A stretch of 64,000 nt of DNA from Nitrospirota bacterium (GCA_963740085.1 CAVUCU010000004.1:32001-96000), one strand, 5' to 3'. Positions 11,170-21,256 are shown, numbered from the stretch's first letter. A program made the numbers and translations. Notes: generated by a model not told the origin, from the sequence alone.

Positions 11170-11778
11170 ATGAAAATACTCTCAGCCGAATTCGTCATCA
11201 GCGCCGTCGGACCGAAGCAGTTCCCGCAGGACGGCAAACCCCAGATCGCCATTGCCGGCCGTTCGAATGTCGGGAAATCATCGATCATCAACTCTCTGCT
11301 TCACCGGAAGAACCTGGTCAAGACGAGCCAGACGCCCGGCAAGACCCAGCTTATCAACTTCTTCGTCATCAATGAATCCTTCTACTTTGTGGACCTGCCG
11401 GGATACGGTTATGCCCGCGTCCCCCATGCGGTGACCGATGCCTGGGCGCCGATGATCGAGGGGTATCTGAAAAACTCGCCGCGTTTGTCCGCCGTCGTCG
11501 TTCTCCTGGACTGCAGGAGAGAACTCGATGAGCGTGACGTCCAATTGATCGAATGGCTCCGGCAGTACGATATCCCGGTGATATACGCACTGACCAAGAC
11601 CGACAAGCTGAACCGGCAGGAGACCGACCGTGCCCGACGGAGCATGAGCGGGGCACTGGGGACCGCTTATGACCTGGTCCTCACCTCCGCCAAAAGCGGG
11701 CAGGGAATCAAAGAACTCTGGTCCGCAATAATAAAAAAATTAAAAGAACCGAGTGTCGGAAATCAGGGGTCAGGGTAA
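11170..11778 (+). CDS. engB: Ribosome biogenesis GTPase YihA/YsxC
   Basis: GRSNVGKS, PGKT, DLPGYG, TKTD; follows clpX. Confidence 0.96.
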   Translation: MKILSAEFVISAVGPKQFPQDGKPQIAIAGRSNVGKSSIINSLLHRKNLVKTSQTPGKTQLINFFVINESFYFVDLPGYGYARVPHAVTDAWAPMIEGYLKNSPRLSAVVVLLDCRRELDERDVQLIEWLRQYDIPVIYALTKTDKLNRQETDRARRSMSGALGTAYDLVLTSAKSGQGIKELWSAIIKKLKEPSVGNQGSG

Positions 11779-12201
11779 CACTATCGATCGTCTTTTTTCT
11801 TATTTTCTGATTTCGATTTCGGTTCCTGACTTCCCGGCTTTCAGCCCCTCCCCATTTCATTTGTGAATCCCCACAGCGTAAAACCCTCCTTTGTCATTTT
11901 CGAAAATACCTGGTATTGCCTTAGATGCCACCATTGCCAATTGGCCGAGACCCCGCCAGTGTGGGGGTATCCCTGGATTTGTTAAGCAGAACCCAAATAG
12001 AGTATAAGCCTTATAACGCACTAAGGGTGCAAAGTCCTCGTTGAAAAATGTAGTTTTCAAATGCCGCTCTTGCGGTGACTTTCAGAAAGAAGTCCAGAAT
12101 ATACCATAAAATAACACGTACACGCAGAACTTTTCTGTATTGAGGCCGATGATTATATGGTCTTGTCATAGACTCTTAGGAGGGCACGGCCGTCCAATAA
12201 C

Positions 12202-13404
12202 TTATCCAAGGGTGAGATATCCCTCCGGGGCAAGACTGGTTGCCAGCATCACCATGTTGATATCGCGATGCTCCCTCCAGCTGCCGGCCTGTCTGTTTGC
12301 AGGTTCAAGCCAAAAAGTCTCAATAACCTCACCAAGCGGTGTATATCGCATCAAGTGTTCGGTTTGCGAATGCAGGCGGCGCTTCATCTTGAAATCGCGA
12401 GGAGTTCGCCTGATCAGGCCCTGCAGCTTCTCAATTGAATGTAATCCTATCGCCAAACCAAGTTCCCGAAATGCAAGCCGCTCGGTGGCAGGAAGCATCA
12501 GGGGATTCTTTCCCCTTGTGTAGGCTTGCAAGCCGATCAGTGAAGAATCCAGGAGAACATCCAGAAGGGCGGCTTGATCAAACCCTTCGATTATGATCAA
12601 TTGAGCCAATTTGCATGCAGTGCCCAAGAGTTCGCCGATTCCAAGGGGGTCATCGGTTACCCAACTTTTCCCTTCACCTATGCCGGCCATGTCTTTAATC
12701 TCTGCGCTGAGGTCGAATTCCGCGGTTTTATTGGGGACTTTTACTGCAGTAGACTGGAGCTGGAGACAGGTGATGAAGCCATCAAGAGGATCGTGCTGCC
12801 CCATCGAGGCTACAAGCGGATGCGAGAGGTCAATGCTCATTTTCCAGTACATGCGTTTCCGGTCGCCGGACGAAGGTACATAGACGAATTTGTCGTGCGC
12901 GGTTTTCGCAAGTTCGATCGCCCATTTGTTGTAGATCGGATCTCCCGTGACCCGGCTTGATCTATTGAGAGCGTGCATCCACTTCGTCAGGTAATGATAA
13001 TATTGTCCGTCTCGATCCCATTCCAACTGTTCATCATAGGGATCACCGGGACCGCGCTCGTTCATCCCCTTGCCGATCCGTAACCCTCCGCGTGTAGGGT
13101 GCGATCTGCCTTCCTGTTCAGAGAGACCGCTTATCCAGCCGGTTCTTGGATCATCTTCACGGTGTCGTCCGAGTATGAAATGAACCTGATCGACGAGGTG
13201 CAACGCGAGCTTTTTGAATTGTTCATCACGTGTCCGAAGATAAAGTCCCAGGAAGTTGCAAACGGCAAACGCGTCTGTCCACAAGTATCGCCGTGGCGTG
13301 GTACTGTCCGATAGCAGCCCGGTTAGATTGGCAAACTCGCTCATGAGATTCAAGGCTATAGAACTGGAGGCGTTTTGCTCCATGTTTCCCCTAACGCTCT
13401 TCAT
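12202..13404 (-). CDS. Conserved hypothetical protein (RYLWTDAF / DGQYYHYLTKWMHAL motifs)
   Basis: 400-aa ORF with protein-like motifs (RMYWKMSIDLS, GQHDPLDG, RLAFRELGL, HRDINMVMLAT); TGaTATAAT 7 nt upstream; alternative start 13383. Confidence 0.75.
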   Translation of the reverse strand: MKSVRGNMEQNASSSIALNLMSEFANLTGLLSDSTTPRRYLWTDAFAVCNFLGLYLRTRDEQFKKLALHLVDQVHFILGRHREDDPRTGWISGLSEQEGRSHPTRGGLRIGKGMNERGPGDPYDEQLEWDRDGQYYHYLTKWMHALNRSSRVTGDPIYNKWAIELAKTAHDKFVYVPSSGDRKRMYWKMSIDLSHPLVASMGQHDPLDGFITCLQLQSTAVKVPNKTAEFDLSAEIKDMAGIGEGKSWVTDDPLGIGELLGTACKLAQLIIIEGFDQAALLDVLLDSSLIGLQAYTRGKNPLMLPATERLAFRELGLAIGLHSIEKLQGLIRRTPRDFKMKRRLHSQTEHLMRYTPLGEVIETFWLEPANRQAGSWREHRDINMVMLATSLAPEGYLTLG

Positions 13405-13460
13405 GATTATGATTATATCACTTGTTCCAGAGATTGATTTTTACGAGCGGCAGGGTACGG

Positions 13461-13770
13461 GGGATACGGGCGCCGATGATCGAGGGGTATCTGAAAAACT
13501 CGCCGCATTTGTCCACCGTCGTCGTTCTCCTGGACTGCAGGAGAGAACTCGATGAGCGTGACGTCCAATTGATCGAATGGCTCCGGCAGTACGATATCCC
13601 GGAGATCTATGCACTGACCAGGAACGACAAGCTTAATCGGCAGGAGACCGAGCGAGCCCGACGGAGTACCAGCGCAGGGCTGGGAATCTCTGACGAACTG
13701 GTGCTGACCTCGGCAAAGAGTGTGCTGGGGATCAAGGAACTATGGGGGGTAATAATAAAAACAATTGAAG
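13461..13770 (+). pseudogene. Duplicated 3' half of engB
   Basis: Direct repeat of about 11444-11740 (APMIEGYLKNSP...LTSAKS..GIKELW..IIK); lacks G1-G3 motifs. Confidence 0.9.
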
Positions 13771-13868
13771 GAGCCAGGAGTCAGAATTCAGGAGTCAGGA
13801 GAATAATTGTAATAGATTTTTTATCTTTGCTGCTGCTTTCCGTCTTTTATTTCCTGACTTCTGACGCC
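13769..13868. repeat. Heptamer-repeat hairpin (AGTCAGG-type)
   Basis: GCCAGGAGTCAGAATTCAGGAGTCAGGAG, nearly identical to 45450-45478; pyrimidine arm ending CCTGACTTCTGAC. Confidence 0.75.
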
Positions 13869-13889
13869 CCCTTTTTTAAAGGGGCTTTC

Positions 13890-14026
13890 ATGGAAATTTT
13901 GTCGACCTCACCGGTTCGCTGTTCTGGGCTACTGCGTTCAGTCTTATCTTCTTTGCATCGATCGGCACGACTTTCGGCTTTCTCGCTGAAAATCAGATAG
14001 TTGTAACCGATCGGGTCCGGACCTAA
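13890..14026 (+). CDS. Possible small membrane protein (about 45 aa, needs one extra base near start)
   Basis: SD AAAGGGG then ATG; shifted frame reads NFVDLTGSLFWATAFSLIFFASIGTTFGFLAENQIVVTDRVRT*; span is 1 nt short of a codon multiple. Confidence 0.3.
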
Positions 14027-14073
14027 CCTCTGTATGTTATTCCATATTTTAATTTGCTTCAATTCCATTTTCA

Positions 14074-14102
14074 TTGACAAGCGAAATGTCCTCTGATATA
14101 CT
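14074..14102 (+). promoter_or_regulatory. sigma70 promoter for the cytochrome gene (leader about 260 nt)
   Basis: TTGACA-17-TATACT with extended TG. Confidence 0.65.
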
Positions 14103-14369
14103 CTTGCTGTTTCTTCTTTCATTAAGGCGATGAAGAATGCCTGACCGCATATTTTCATTCACTTTTTCACTATCGCGAGTATACTATAGACCACCCGTTT
14201 TATGCATTTCGGACATCGTACGACAGCCTCAGAAACAGTGTGTTAATGGAATGCAGTTTGATGAATGAAAGGAGGTGGCATCAACAACATTCCCGCTAAA
14301 TTTTTTTTTAGATAGTTTGCGACAGGCTCTAGGCGTGAGAAAAAAAAATTACAGGAGGTAACAAAGGTT

Positions 14370-16933
14370 ATGAAGATTTATAAGCACAAATATGTTTTTT
14401 TGGTATTAGCTTTACTATTCATCCTGCCGTTGATGTTCGTTGGATGTTCGGGCAGTGATGGATCGGACGGCGCGAACGGCGCGGACGGCACGAACGGTAC
14501 GAACGGTACGAATGGCACGACAGCAAAAGCCAATGAACAGTGCCTTCTCTGTCACGGCGCCGGTGGCATAGCGGCCATCGCAGTTATGCACACGGTTTCA
14601 CCGCTTTCCTCCACCACAGCACCGCTTACCGTGGATGGTGCAAATGTGGATATCAACGAGCAGAGTGCCGCACAGCTGGCCGGGCTTACCATGGTAGGCA
14701 CGATTGATCTCGTCACAATCGCGACCGTAACTCCGGTTGTCAATTTCACGGTGAAAGATTCCGCAGGCCACGGTATAATCGGCCTCAATAACACTCAGTT
14801 TGCATATGCAATAGCCAGACTTATGCCGGCTACTGCCACGAATAAGGAGTATTGGGAATCCTACATGGTGACCTCCGCCACCTCACGCCCCGGCACCGAT
14901 TCCGAAGTTGCCAATAATGCGGGTCTGGTGGATCACCTCGACGGCACCTATACCTATACCTTCAACAAAGACCTCACTACCGTCCCCGGTATTGCCAGCT
15001 ATGCGACGACTTCGAACCTGACGCACCGCATAGTGGTCCAGATTTCAGGTACCGTTAATGGAGGCTCGCTCAATGACAGGGCGATAGACATTGTTCAGGA
15101 CTTCGTGCCGACAGGCTTGTCCGTTGATTGGGCCACAGCGAAGGCCGCAGCGACGTTGCATAACATCGTTACGGCGGATGCCTGTAATACATGCCACTAT
15201 AAGATCGGTACTACCACCCCGCACGGTGGTCGTGTTGACTCGCAATACTGCGTGGTATGCCATACGTATCAGCGTGCTAACGGTCGTTCCGCATCGGCCC
15301 CGGATTCTACCGGTGCAATGACCGGCAGCACCTACCTCGTCACCGGCCAGGTGGACGTTGGTAGTGAAACGACATCGACCGCTGGAGGCTTTGCGACCGG
15401 CGAATTCGTCTCCATGGTCCATAAGCTCCACATGGGCGAGGGCCAAAATACGCATGGGACCGTGCAGGGACTGAAACTTACCGGTTGGAACTATGGCGGC
15501 GTCCTGTTCAACGAAGTCACCTATCCCCAGGATGCTCGCAATTGCAAAAAGTGCCATAATGGTACCCAGGGCGATAACTGGATGAACACTCCCAGCCGGA
15601 AGGCTTGCGGTTCCTGCCATGACAACGTAAGCTTTGCAGCGTCTGTTCCGGTAGGGTTCGTTGCCCATTCAGGTGGGGCCTATGCCAATGATTCAGGCTG
15701 CGGTGTCTGTCATCCTGCCACCGGCGGTCTGGCGGGTATTGCCGACAAACACGTTCCTGTCATTTCGCCCGATCCGGCCGACCCGCGGCTCGGCGGCACC
15801 AACAGCCATACCAACGGGTCGTATGTTGCGGCGACAGGCGCACTTCCGACCGGAGCCGCTGGAATCACGTACGTTATCAGCAGCGTGACCAAGACGGCCA
15901 ATCATCCGTCCATCACATTCGCGCTCAAGAGTAGCTTGAGCGGCACGATGGTATTCTCTACCCCGACCTCGACGACCAGCGAACTGATGCCCAACTTCGC
16001 GGATCTCCGAGCGTATACTTTGTATGGGCAGAGCCCCAGGACGGCATCACCGCACCTTCTGATTTCAACAAGTCCGCCAGCGCCTACATCAAGGATGTCT
16101 GGAACGGTGCCGTGACTACCTCCACCATGACCGGCCCCGACGGCAGCGGCTTCTACACTCTCACCATGACCGGCACGACCATCCCCTCTACTGCGGTGAT
16201 GCTCACCGGAGGAGTCGGCTATACCTACGGCTCAGGGTCGCCCGAACTCGTCCAGACGAACCTGTCAGCCTATCCGTACACTGCGGCAACCAAAGTAGGC
16301 GGTCTTGCTGTTCCTCCGCCAAACGTATGGAAGGTTGCAGCAACCTACACCGGCCGCCGTGTTGCCGTGGACACTGCAAAGTGTAACGCGTGCCACGGTG
16401 CACTCGGGGTAGCTCCCACGTTCCATGACGGACAGCGAAACAATGCACCGACCTGCTCGTTCTGTCACAATCCGAACAGAACAAGCAGTGGCTGGTCCGC
16501 GAACGCCAGCACCTTTGTTCACGCAATCCACGGAGCAAGCAAGCGGACAGTCCCGTTCGTGTGGCATGCAACCAGCGAGACGGATAACTTCGGGAAAATT
16601 ACCTACCCGAACCTGCTGAACAACTGCTTGGCCTGCCACGTGGCTGGTTACTACGATTTCTCAGCTGCGACCTCCCTGGCTCAGGAGCCGAATCGCCTGT
16701 TCGAGACCGTCGCAACCGGTACACTCGCTTCGAGCTCAACTGGCTCGTTCGCGTATTCGCCCTATATCACGCAGGATGTGGATTACGGCAGCGCGGGCTC
16801 GGCTAACAACCTGGTGACGTCACCAACCGCCGCCGTGTGTTTCGCCTGCCACGACACCAGCGCGGCAAGGTCTCACATGGAGATAAATGGCGCGGCGATC
16901 TACCAGACGCGGAGCACTGCGATCCAGCCGTAA
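14370..16933 (+). CDS. OmcA/MtrC-family multiheme c-type cytochrome lipoprotein (frameshift near 16000, garbled 3' end)
   Basis: Lipobox MFVG-C; 10 CxxCH (6 before, 4 after the shift); LVDHLDGTYTYTF, MVHKLHMG, YPQDARNC; adding one G at GCGGATCT restores GSPSVYFVWAEPQDGIT.. and joins both ORFs. Confidence 0.88.
14451..14520 (+). repeat. 9-bp tandem repeats encoding a collagen-like G-X-Y linker
   Basis: GSDGSDGANGADGTNGTNGTNGT directly after the lipoprotein Cys. Confidence 0.8.
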
Positions 16934-16990
16934 GAACAGGCGGTGTATGACTGACAACGTGCTGATTCATTAGCGCATGAAAAATCATCA

Positions 16991-17020
16991 AGGCGGACTC
17001 TTCGGAGTCCGCCTCTTTTT
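16991..17020 (+). terminator. Rho-independent terminator
   Basis: AGGCGGACTC-TTCG-GAGTCCGCCT plus T-tract. Confidence 0.9.
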
Positions 17021-17068
17021 CCTTTTTTTCGTCCGGAATTACATAATTGCGGCTCAAAGAAATAGCAT

Positions 17069-17097
17069 TTGACAAACAATATTCTCTCGTGTAAAGT
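17069..17097 (+). promoter_or_regulatory. sigma70 promoter
   Basis: TTGACA-17-TAAAGT. Confidence 0.55.
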
Positions 17098-17205
17098 AAA
17101 AAAAATCGTGCGGAAAGTTTAGTTCATGCTCGCGAAAATGACTTTCCGGAGGAACGGTCGAATCGCAGGTGTTCAGTAAATCGGAGTACAAGGAGGCAGA
17201 AGCAG

Positions 17206-17557
17206 ATGAGAGTCAGGGTGGCAGTTTATCTTTATTATTCATAGTGACGGCTTTAATAGTCAGCACAGCCGGTTGTTCCAAATTCTCGCAACCTTCGGAT
17301 GCTCAAATTCTCAAGGCAATAGAGATTCCGGGGTTTTGAAGGGTAAATCATTTACGATAACATCGCCCTTGGTAATCATGGAACGGGGAAAGCAAAATAA
17401 AGATGGTTCCTGGACGGTAAGAGTAAGATAACCCTTACGATGCAGCTGCCGGACGGGAAAACACTCTGAGCCGAAAGAAAATAATACCTATTTCAGAATA
17501 TTTAAAGGAAAAGACAGTTCTGGTCATAGCGTCTGGAAGGCGATTCTCGGCTCGTGA
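17206..17557 (+). CDS. Small lipoprotein (about 115 aa), interrupted by frameshifts; absent from ORF track
   Basis: SD AAGGAGG; MRVRVAVYLLLFIVTALIVSTAG-C lipobox; shifted frames continue SGVLKGKSFTITSPLVIMERG.. and ..YFRIFKGKDSSGHSVWKAILGS*. Confidence 0.55.
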
Positions 17558-17724
17558 TCGTTCCAGGATTTACGAAAAAAGAGGGGTAACATGCTCCGCT
17601 CAGAGCCGGCACTACTCCTTTTTCCTAGGATAGCTGATGGACAATGTTTAGGAGTTCCAAGAAAGGAGGAATCATTTTGAGAATTGAGTGGACGATACTA
17701 AGATATGTGAGCGGACCAAGAGTT

Positions 17725-18979
17725 ATGCGAGCAGCAGTAGTCGGGTTTACCCTGCTTCTGTTGTCTCTGCCATCCCTGTCCCCGGCAGTCAACCTGTCGG
17801 GCGATTCCAATACCTATGTGCAATCCCGAGAGGATGCAGACAAGCAGAAGATCCTCGGTACTTACGAATATCTCAATTTTTCCGTTCATGATCCCGGAAA
17901 AGAGGTGTCGTTTCATTTCGGCGGTTGGCTCCGGTATGACCTGAAAACCGAAGAGTTCGGCAACAAATCGAACAGCGACCTTCAATACGGCTATCTCAGT
18001 TATAAAAGTGCGAGCAACAATGCCGTCGTTAATCTCGGCCGCGTCATGGTATTTGAAGGCGTAGCAGCGGAGAGAGTAGATGGCATGTACGCAAGAACCA
18101 ACCTAGCCAAGGGTTTCGGCGTATCGGCTTTCGGCGGAAACCCGGTAGAGACGGAAATTGACCTTCCGGGGAACAATGTCATCTACGGAGGCCGGCTGTC
18201 ACATCAGATACCCGGCCTGTACCGGATCGGAGTCTCTGCGCTAAAGGAAGAAAAGAACAGCGAAGACTTCCGCAAGGAAGAAGGCATCGATCTGTGGTTC
18301 CGGCCGATCAACAAAGTCGAGCTTATGGGCAATTCCAAGTATAATGAGATAACAAAAGACTGGGCGAACCATTCCTATTTCCTTGTGCTCGGTCCCTTTG
18401 CCAGGGTACGGTTCAACACTGAGGCATCCGTAATCAATTACAAGGACTACTTCACCGGCGCGACGTCCTCCGCCTTTAGTTTTCAGCCATCCGTCCTCAC
18501 CAGGACAAAAGGTCAGAATACTGGGAGAGCATATCGCTTTTGGTTTGACTGACAACCTGAATATCTCGTTGGACTACAAGGGGTACTCCTACAGCATCGC
18601 AGGTGACGCAAAATACTACGGCGGTAACATCAGGTATAGCGTGGTAAAGGCCGGGGGTGCAGGGCTGTCGTTGCACAAGATGGACGGCGATGACAACCGT
18701 CTGAAGTATGATGGTTCCCGGGCCTACCTATTTGGAAAGTTCGGCAAGGCTGATGTCACCCTGGACGCGCTTGACGTCAAATATAAGGAAGCCATCAACG
18801 GCGTCAAGGATGCATATTCTGTGTCGCTCGCTGCGGCCTTCGAACTGGCTGAAAAGCTGAAGGATGGTTTCGATGTCGAATATTCGAAAAATCCGGATTT
18901 CGAAAAGGATATACGGACATTCTTTAAATTGATCTACAGTTTTGATATTGGCTACGGCAAGCGGAAGGAGGGGGTGTAA
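17725..18979 (+). CDS. Outer-membrane beta-barrel porin of porin-cytochrome conduit type (ExtB/ExtE-like), frameshift near 18500
   Basis: Signal peptide; alternating aromatic beta-strands; LGR.MVFEGVAAERVDG; C-terminal KLIYSF; ORFs 17644-18552 and 18545-18979 join via ..KVRILGEHIAFGLTDNL. Confidence 0.75.
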
Positions 18980-18980
18980 C

Positions 18981-19423
18981 ATGAAGATGAAGCGGTAAAG
19001 ATAGTCTTTCTGCTGCTCCTGCCGGTATTGGCCGGAATGCTGTTCGCCTGCGCGAAAACGGCGAGCATGGCGGCATGGCATCCGGTGGAGGTATCCTATC
19101 CTCCGATGTGCAGCGACTGCCACACTGACGACAGGGCAGCGATGAATCACACGAGCGATTTTAGCACGAGGCACAAGTTCTATGCGAGCCAGAACGAACG
19201 GACCTGCAGCGTCTGCCATAAAGAGGCATTCTGCTCCGATTGTCACGCGCATGTGGAGGAACTGAAGCCGAGCGACAACTACAAAGATTCCCCTGAACTT
19301 GCGCTCCCCCACCGGGGGGATTATCTGAACCAGCACAAGATCGACGGCAGGATCAACCCTTCATTATGCTTTCCGTGCCATGGCCGTCAGAATAATGAGA
19401 GGTGCAAAGCATGTCACCGGTAA
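18981..19423 (+). CDS. Pentaheme lipoprotein cytochrome c (ExtC/ExtF-like), 1-bp shift near start
   Basis: VKIVFLLLLPVLAGMLFA-C lipobox; CSDCH, CSVCH, CSDCH, CFPCH, CKACH; HRGDYL..HKIDGR. Confidence 0.85.
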
Positions 19424-20238
19424 ATAAAATGATGATGCTCGGCGTGCTCATCCTCGCGGGAATGCTGGTTCTGGGAGGGTGCGGCAGTTCGACCGCGAAT
19501 TCCGAGACACCGTTCAACTCGACCGCGGGGCATCCGTCAGGGTGGCTTCCGGCGGGACACGCGCAGCCAGCACAGGCTGCTCCGGATTCTTGTTTCGAAT
19601 GTCATGGGAGCGATTTGTCGGGAGGCATTTCAAAGGTATCTTGTACTCCCTGCCATTTGAATGGATCGCCTTTCGTATTGACGAATTGTACGTCCTGTCA
19701 CGGGAATCCGCCAACAGGCACAGTCGCACCAAATCAGGTCGGAACGCATGCGGTTCACAATGCGCTGCCCAATGTTGCAAATGTTTGTAATTCCTGTCAC
19801 AACGGCGCAGGGTCCGGTACGCTGAAGCACGATAACAGTGCAGTGGATGTGATGTTCTTGAGCTCCTACAATGCAAAAAGCGGAACCGCTTCCTATGACT
19901 CAGCAAGCAGCACCTGTTCCAAGGTCAGCTGCCACGGGGGGCAGACGACACCTGGTTGGCTGTCGGGAGCGACGATTGACGTAACGCAATGCACAGGTTG
20001 CCACGCTTACGGTACTGCCGAATATAACAGCTTCGTCTCCGGTCAGCACGATTTCCACGTGAATACGGAGCATTTCCCCTGCGATCGGTGTCATGACACG
20101 TTGAAGCTTCCCCTCAACCATTTTACCTCATTGAATACCTCGGTGATGGAAGGTCCTGAATCGGCCACGATCAATAGTAATGTGAACTACAACGGCACTT
20201 CATGCGCGCCGATCTGCCATGGAACTCGAAACTGGTAG
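19411..20238 (+). CDS. Multiheme lipoprotein cytochrome with CxxxxCH/CxxCH motifs (ExtD-like)
   Basis: Lipobox LGG-C; HPSGW; six CxxCH plus CSKVSCH and CAPICH; start 19411 or 19429. Confidence 0.85.
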   Translation: MSPVNKMMMLGVLILAGMLVLGGCGSSTANSETPFNSTAGHPSGWLPAGHAQPAQAAPDSCFECHGSDLSGGISKVSCTPCHLNGSPFVLTNCTSCHGNPPTGTVAPNQVGTHAVHNALPNVANVCNSCHNGAGSGTLKHDNSAVDVMFLSSYNAKSGTASYDSASSTCSKVSCHGGQTTPGWLSGATIDVTQCTGCHAYGTAEYNSFVSGQHDFHVNTEHFPCDRCHDTLKLPLNHFTSLNTSVMEGPESATINSNVNYNGTSCAPICHGTRNW

Positions 20239-20280
20239 CAGTCACGAAATGACGATGTGAACGTATAGTAACAGAAAGTG

Positions 20281-20309
20281 AAGGCCCGGACGAAAATCCG
20301 GGCCTTTTT
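20281..20309 (+). terminator. Rho-independent terminator
   Basis: AAGGCCCGGA-6nt-TCCGGGCCTT plus TTT. Confidence 0.85.
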
Positions 20310-20369
20310 AATTTACCAGCTCAGTTCCTGCGCAGGCGAGGAAGATGATAAAAAAGCTATACTGTGGTT

Positions 20370-20580
20370 TCTTAGTAAAGATAAGCTTCTCTCCTGCAAT
20401 GAGACCACTGCTTCGGTGACCATCGTAAAAAAGGGGCAAACCATTGGGGAAGAGGTTACAAATACCAGGTGGCGAACCCCGGAGAAAGGTCGTATACGGA
20501 CAGCTTCGGAAGGAGATTGGCCCGACCCTGCGGCGGCTGCATGAATTCAAAGCGGTGAAACTTCTACGGACACGACTTGC
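20370..20580 (+). mobile_element. IS200/IS605 TnpA 5' remnant
   Basis: YKYQVA then, in the next frame, RRKVVYGQLRKEIGPTLRRLHEFKAVKLL, matching TnpA CKYHVV.PKYRRKV.YG.LR..IG.ILR.LC..KGV; ends before the HUH motif. Confidence 0.7.
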
Positions 20581-20582
20581 CC

Positions 20583-21089
20583 TCACTCCTCTTCTAGTTG
20601 TCGAAGGGGGGACCTACCGCGAGGTCGCACGGCAGAGTTCGGTTGTTCTGCGCCGTTGCCACGTATTGCTGCGCCCGGCGCATAGGGATCTACCGGCGGC
20701 GTATTGGGTCTGACGGATGATGCGACGTTCCTGGTTTCGTGGGCGATATACATTTCATAGGGTGATCCGTCGGCACCTTTCAGCGATATGCTGTCCTGTC
20801 GCACTTCAACGATCCGCGACCCGTCCGGGAGAATATCGTTTGGTCGGAAAAAAGACTGCTCGCCCTTCGTAACCATAAGTACTGCGCCGGTAAAAGTAGG
20901 GCTTTGTATCGTTCCTATGAGGCGATATTCCTGCACCGAGGCTGGTTGCGCTTCTGTTCTGTCGGCTGAGAACAATGTCGTGGAAAAGAAGACAAACAGC
21001 ATGAAAGAAAAAGTACAGACCGTTTTTCTTATTAATGATCTCTTTCTCATACGCGACAAACGTACCTTGGTAAGGATACCTCGTGGCAT
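20583..21089 (-). CDS. GspC/PilP-like exported protein (T2SS protein C HR-domain-like)
   Basis: N-terminal TM then YRLIGTI....GAVL....GEQSFFR.ND.LPDG.RIVEV..D.I.L. Confidence 0.55.
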   Translation of the reverse strand: MPRGILTKVRLSRMRKRSLIRKTVCTFSFMLFVFFSTTLFSADRTEAQPASVQEYRLIGTIQSPTFTGAVLMVTKGEQSFFRPNDILPDGSRIVEVRQDSISLKGADGSPYEMYIAHETRNVASSVRPNTPPVDPYAPGAAIRGNGAEQPNSAVRPRGRSPLRQLEEE

Positions 21090-21256
21090 CGGCCGATGTC
21101 AATAATCGTCAATGCAGTGATTCGGCTCTTAGCGTCGTTTAAATGGAACGCCACGAACGGGCGACGGAGATCCATCTTCATGATCATCCCATTCACTCAG
21201 CATACTGTGCAGATTTCGTCTTCTCTTGGCAGTAGGGCGGGTCATTCCACAACGAG

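Noticed and set aside
11857-12060. 67-aa minus-strand ORF in the engB-bounded insert
   Set aside because: TTG start, no SD, no recognisable family
14103-14369. c-di-GMP/cGAMP (GEMM) riboswitch in the cytochrome leader
   Set aside because: No GGCAAAC..GAAA..GACGCAAAGC-like pattern visible; an Infernal search would be decisive
16113-16115. TGA ending the first cytochrome ORF as selenocysteine or readthrough
   Set aside because: The downstream half is in a different frame; a 1-bp deletion near 16000 explains the break
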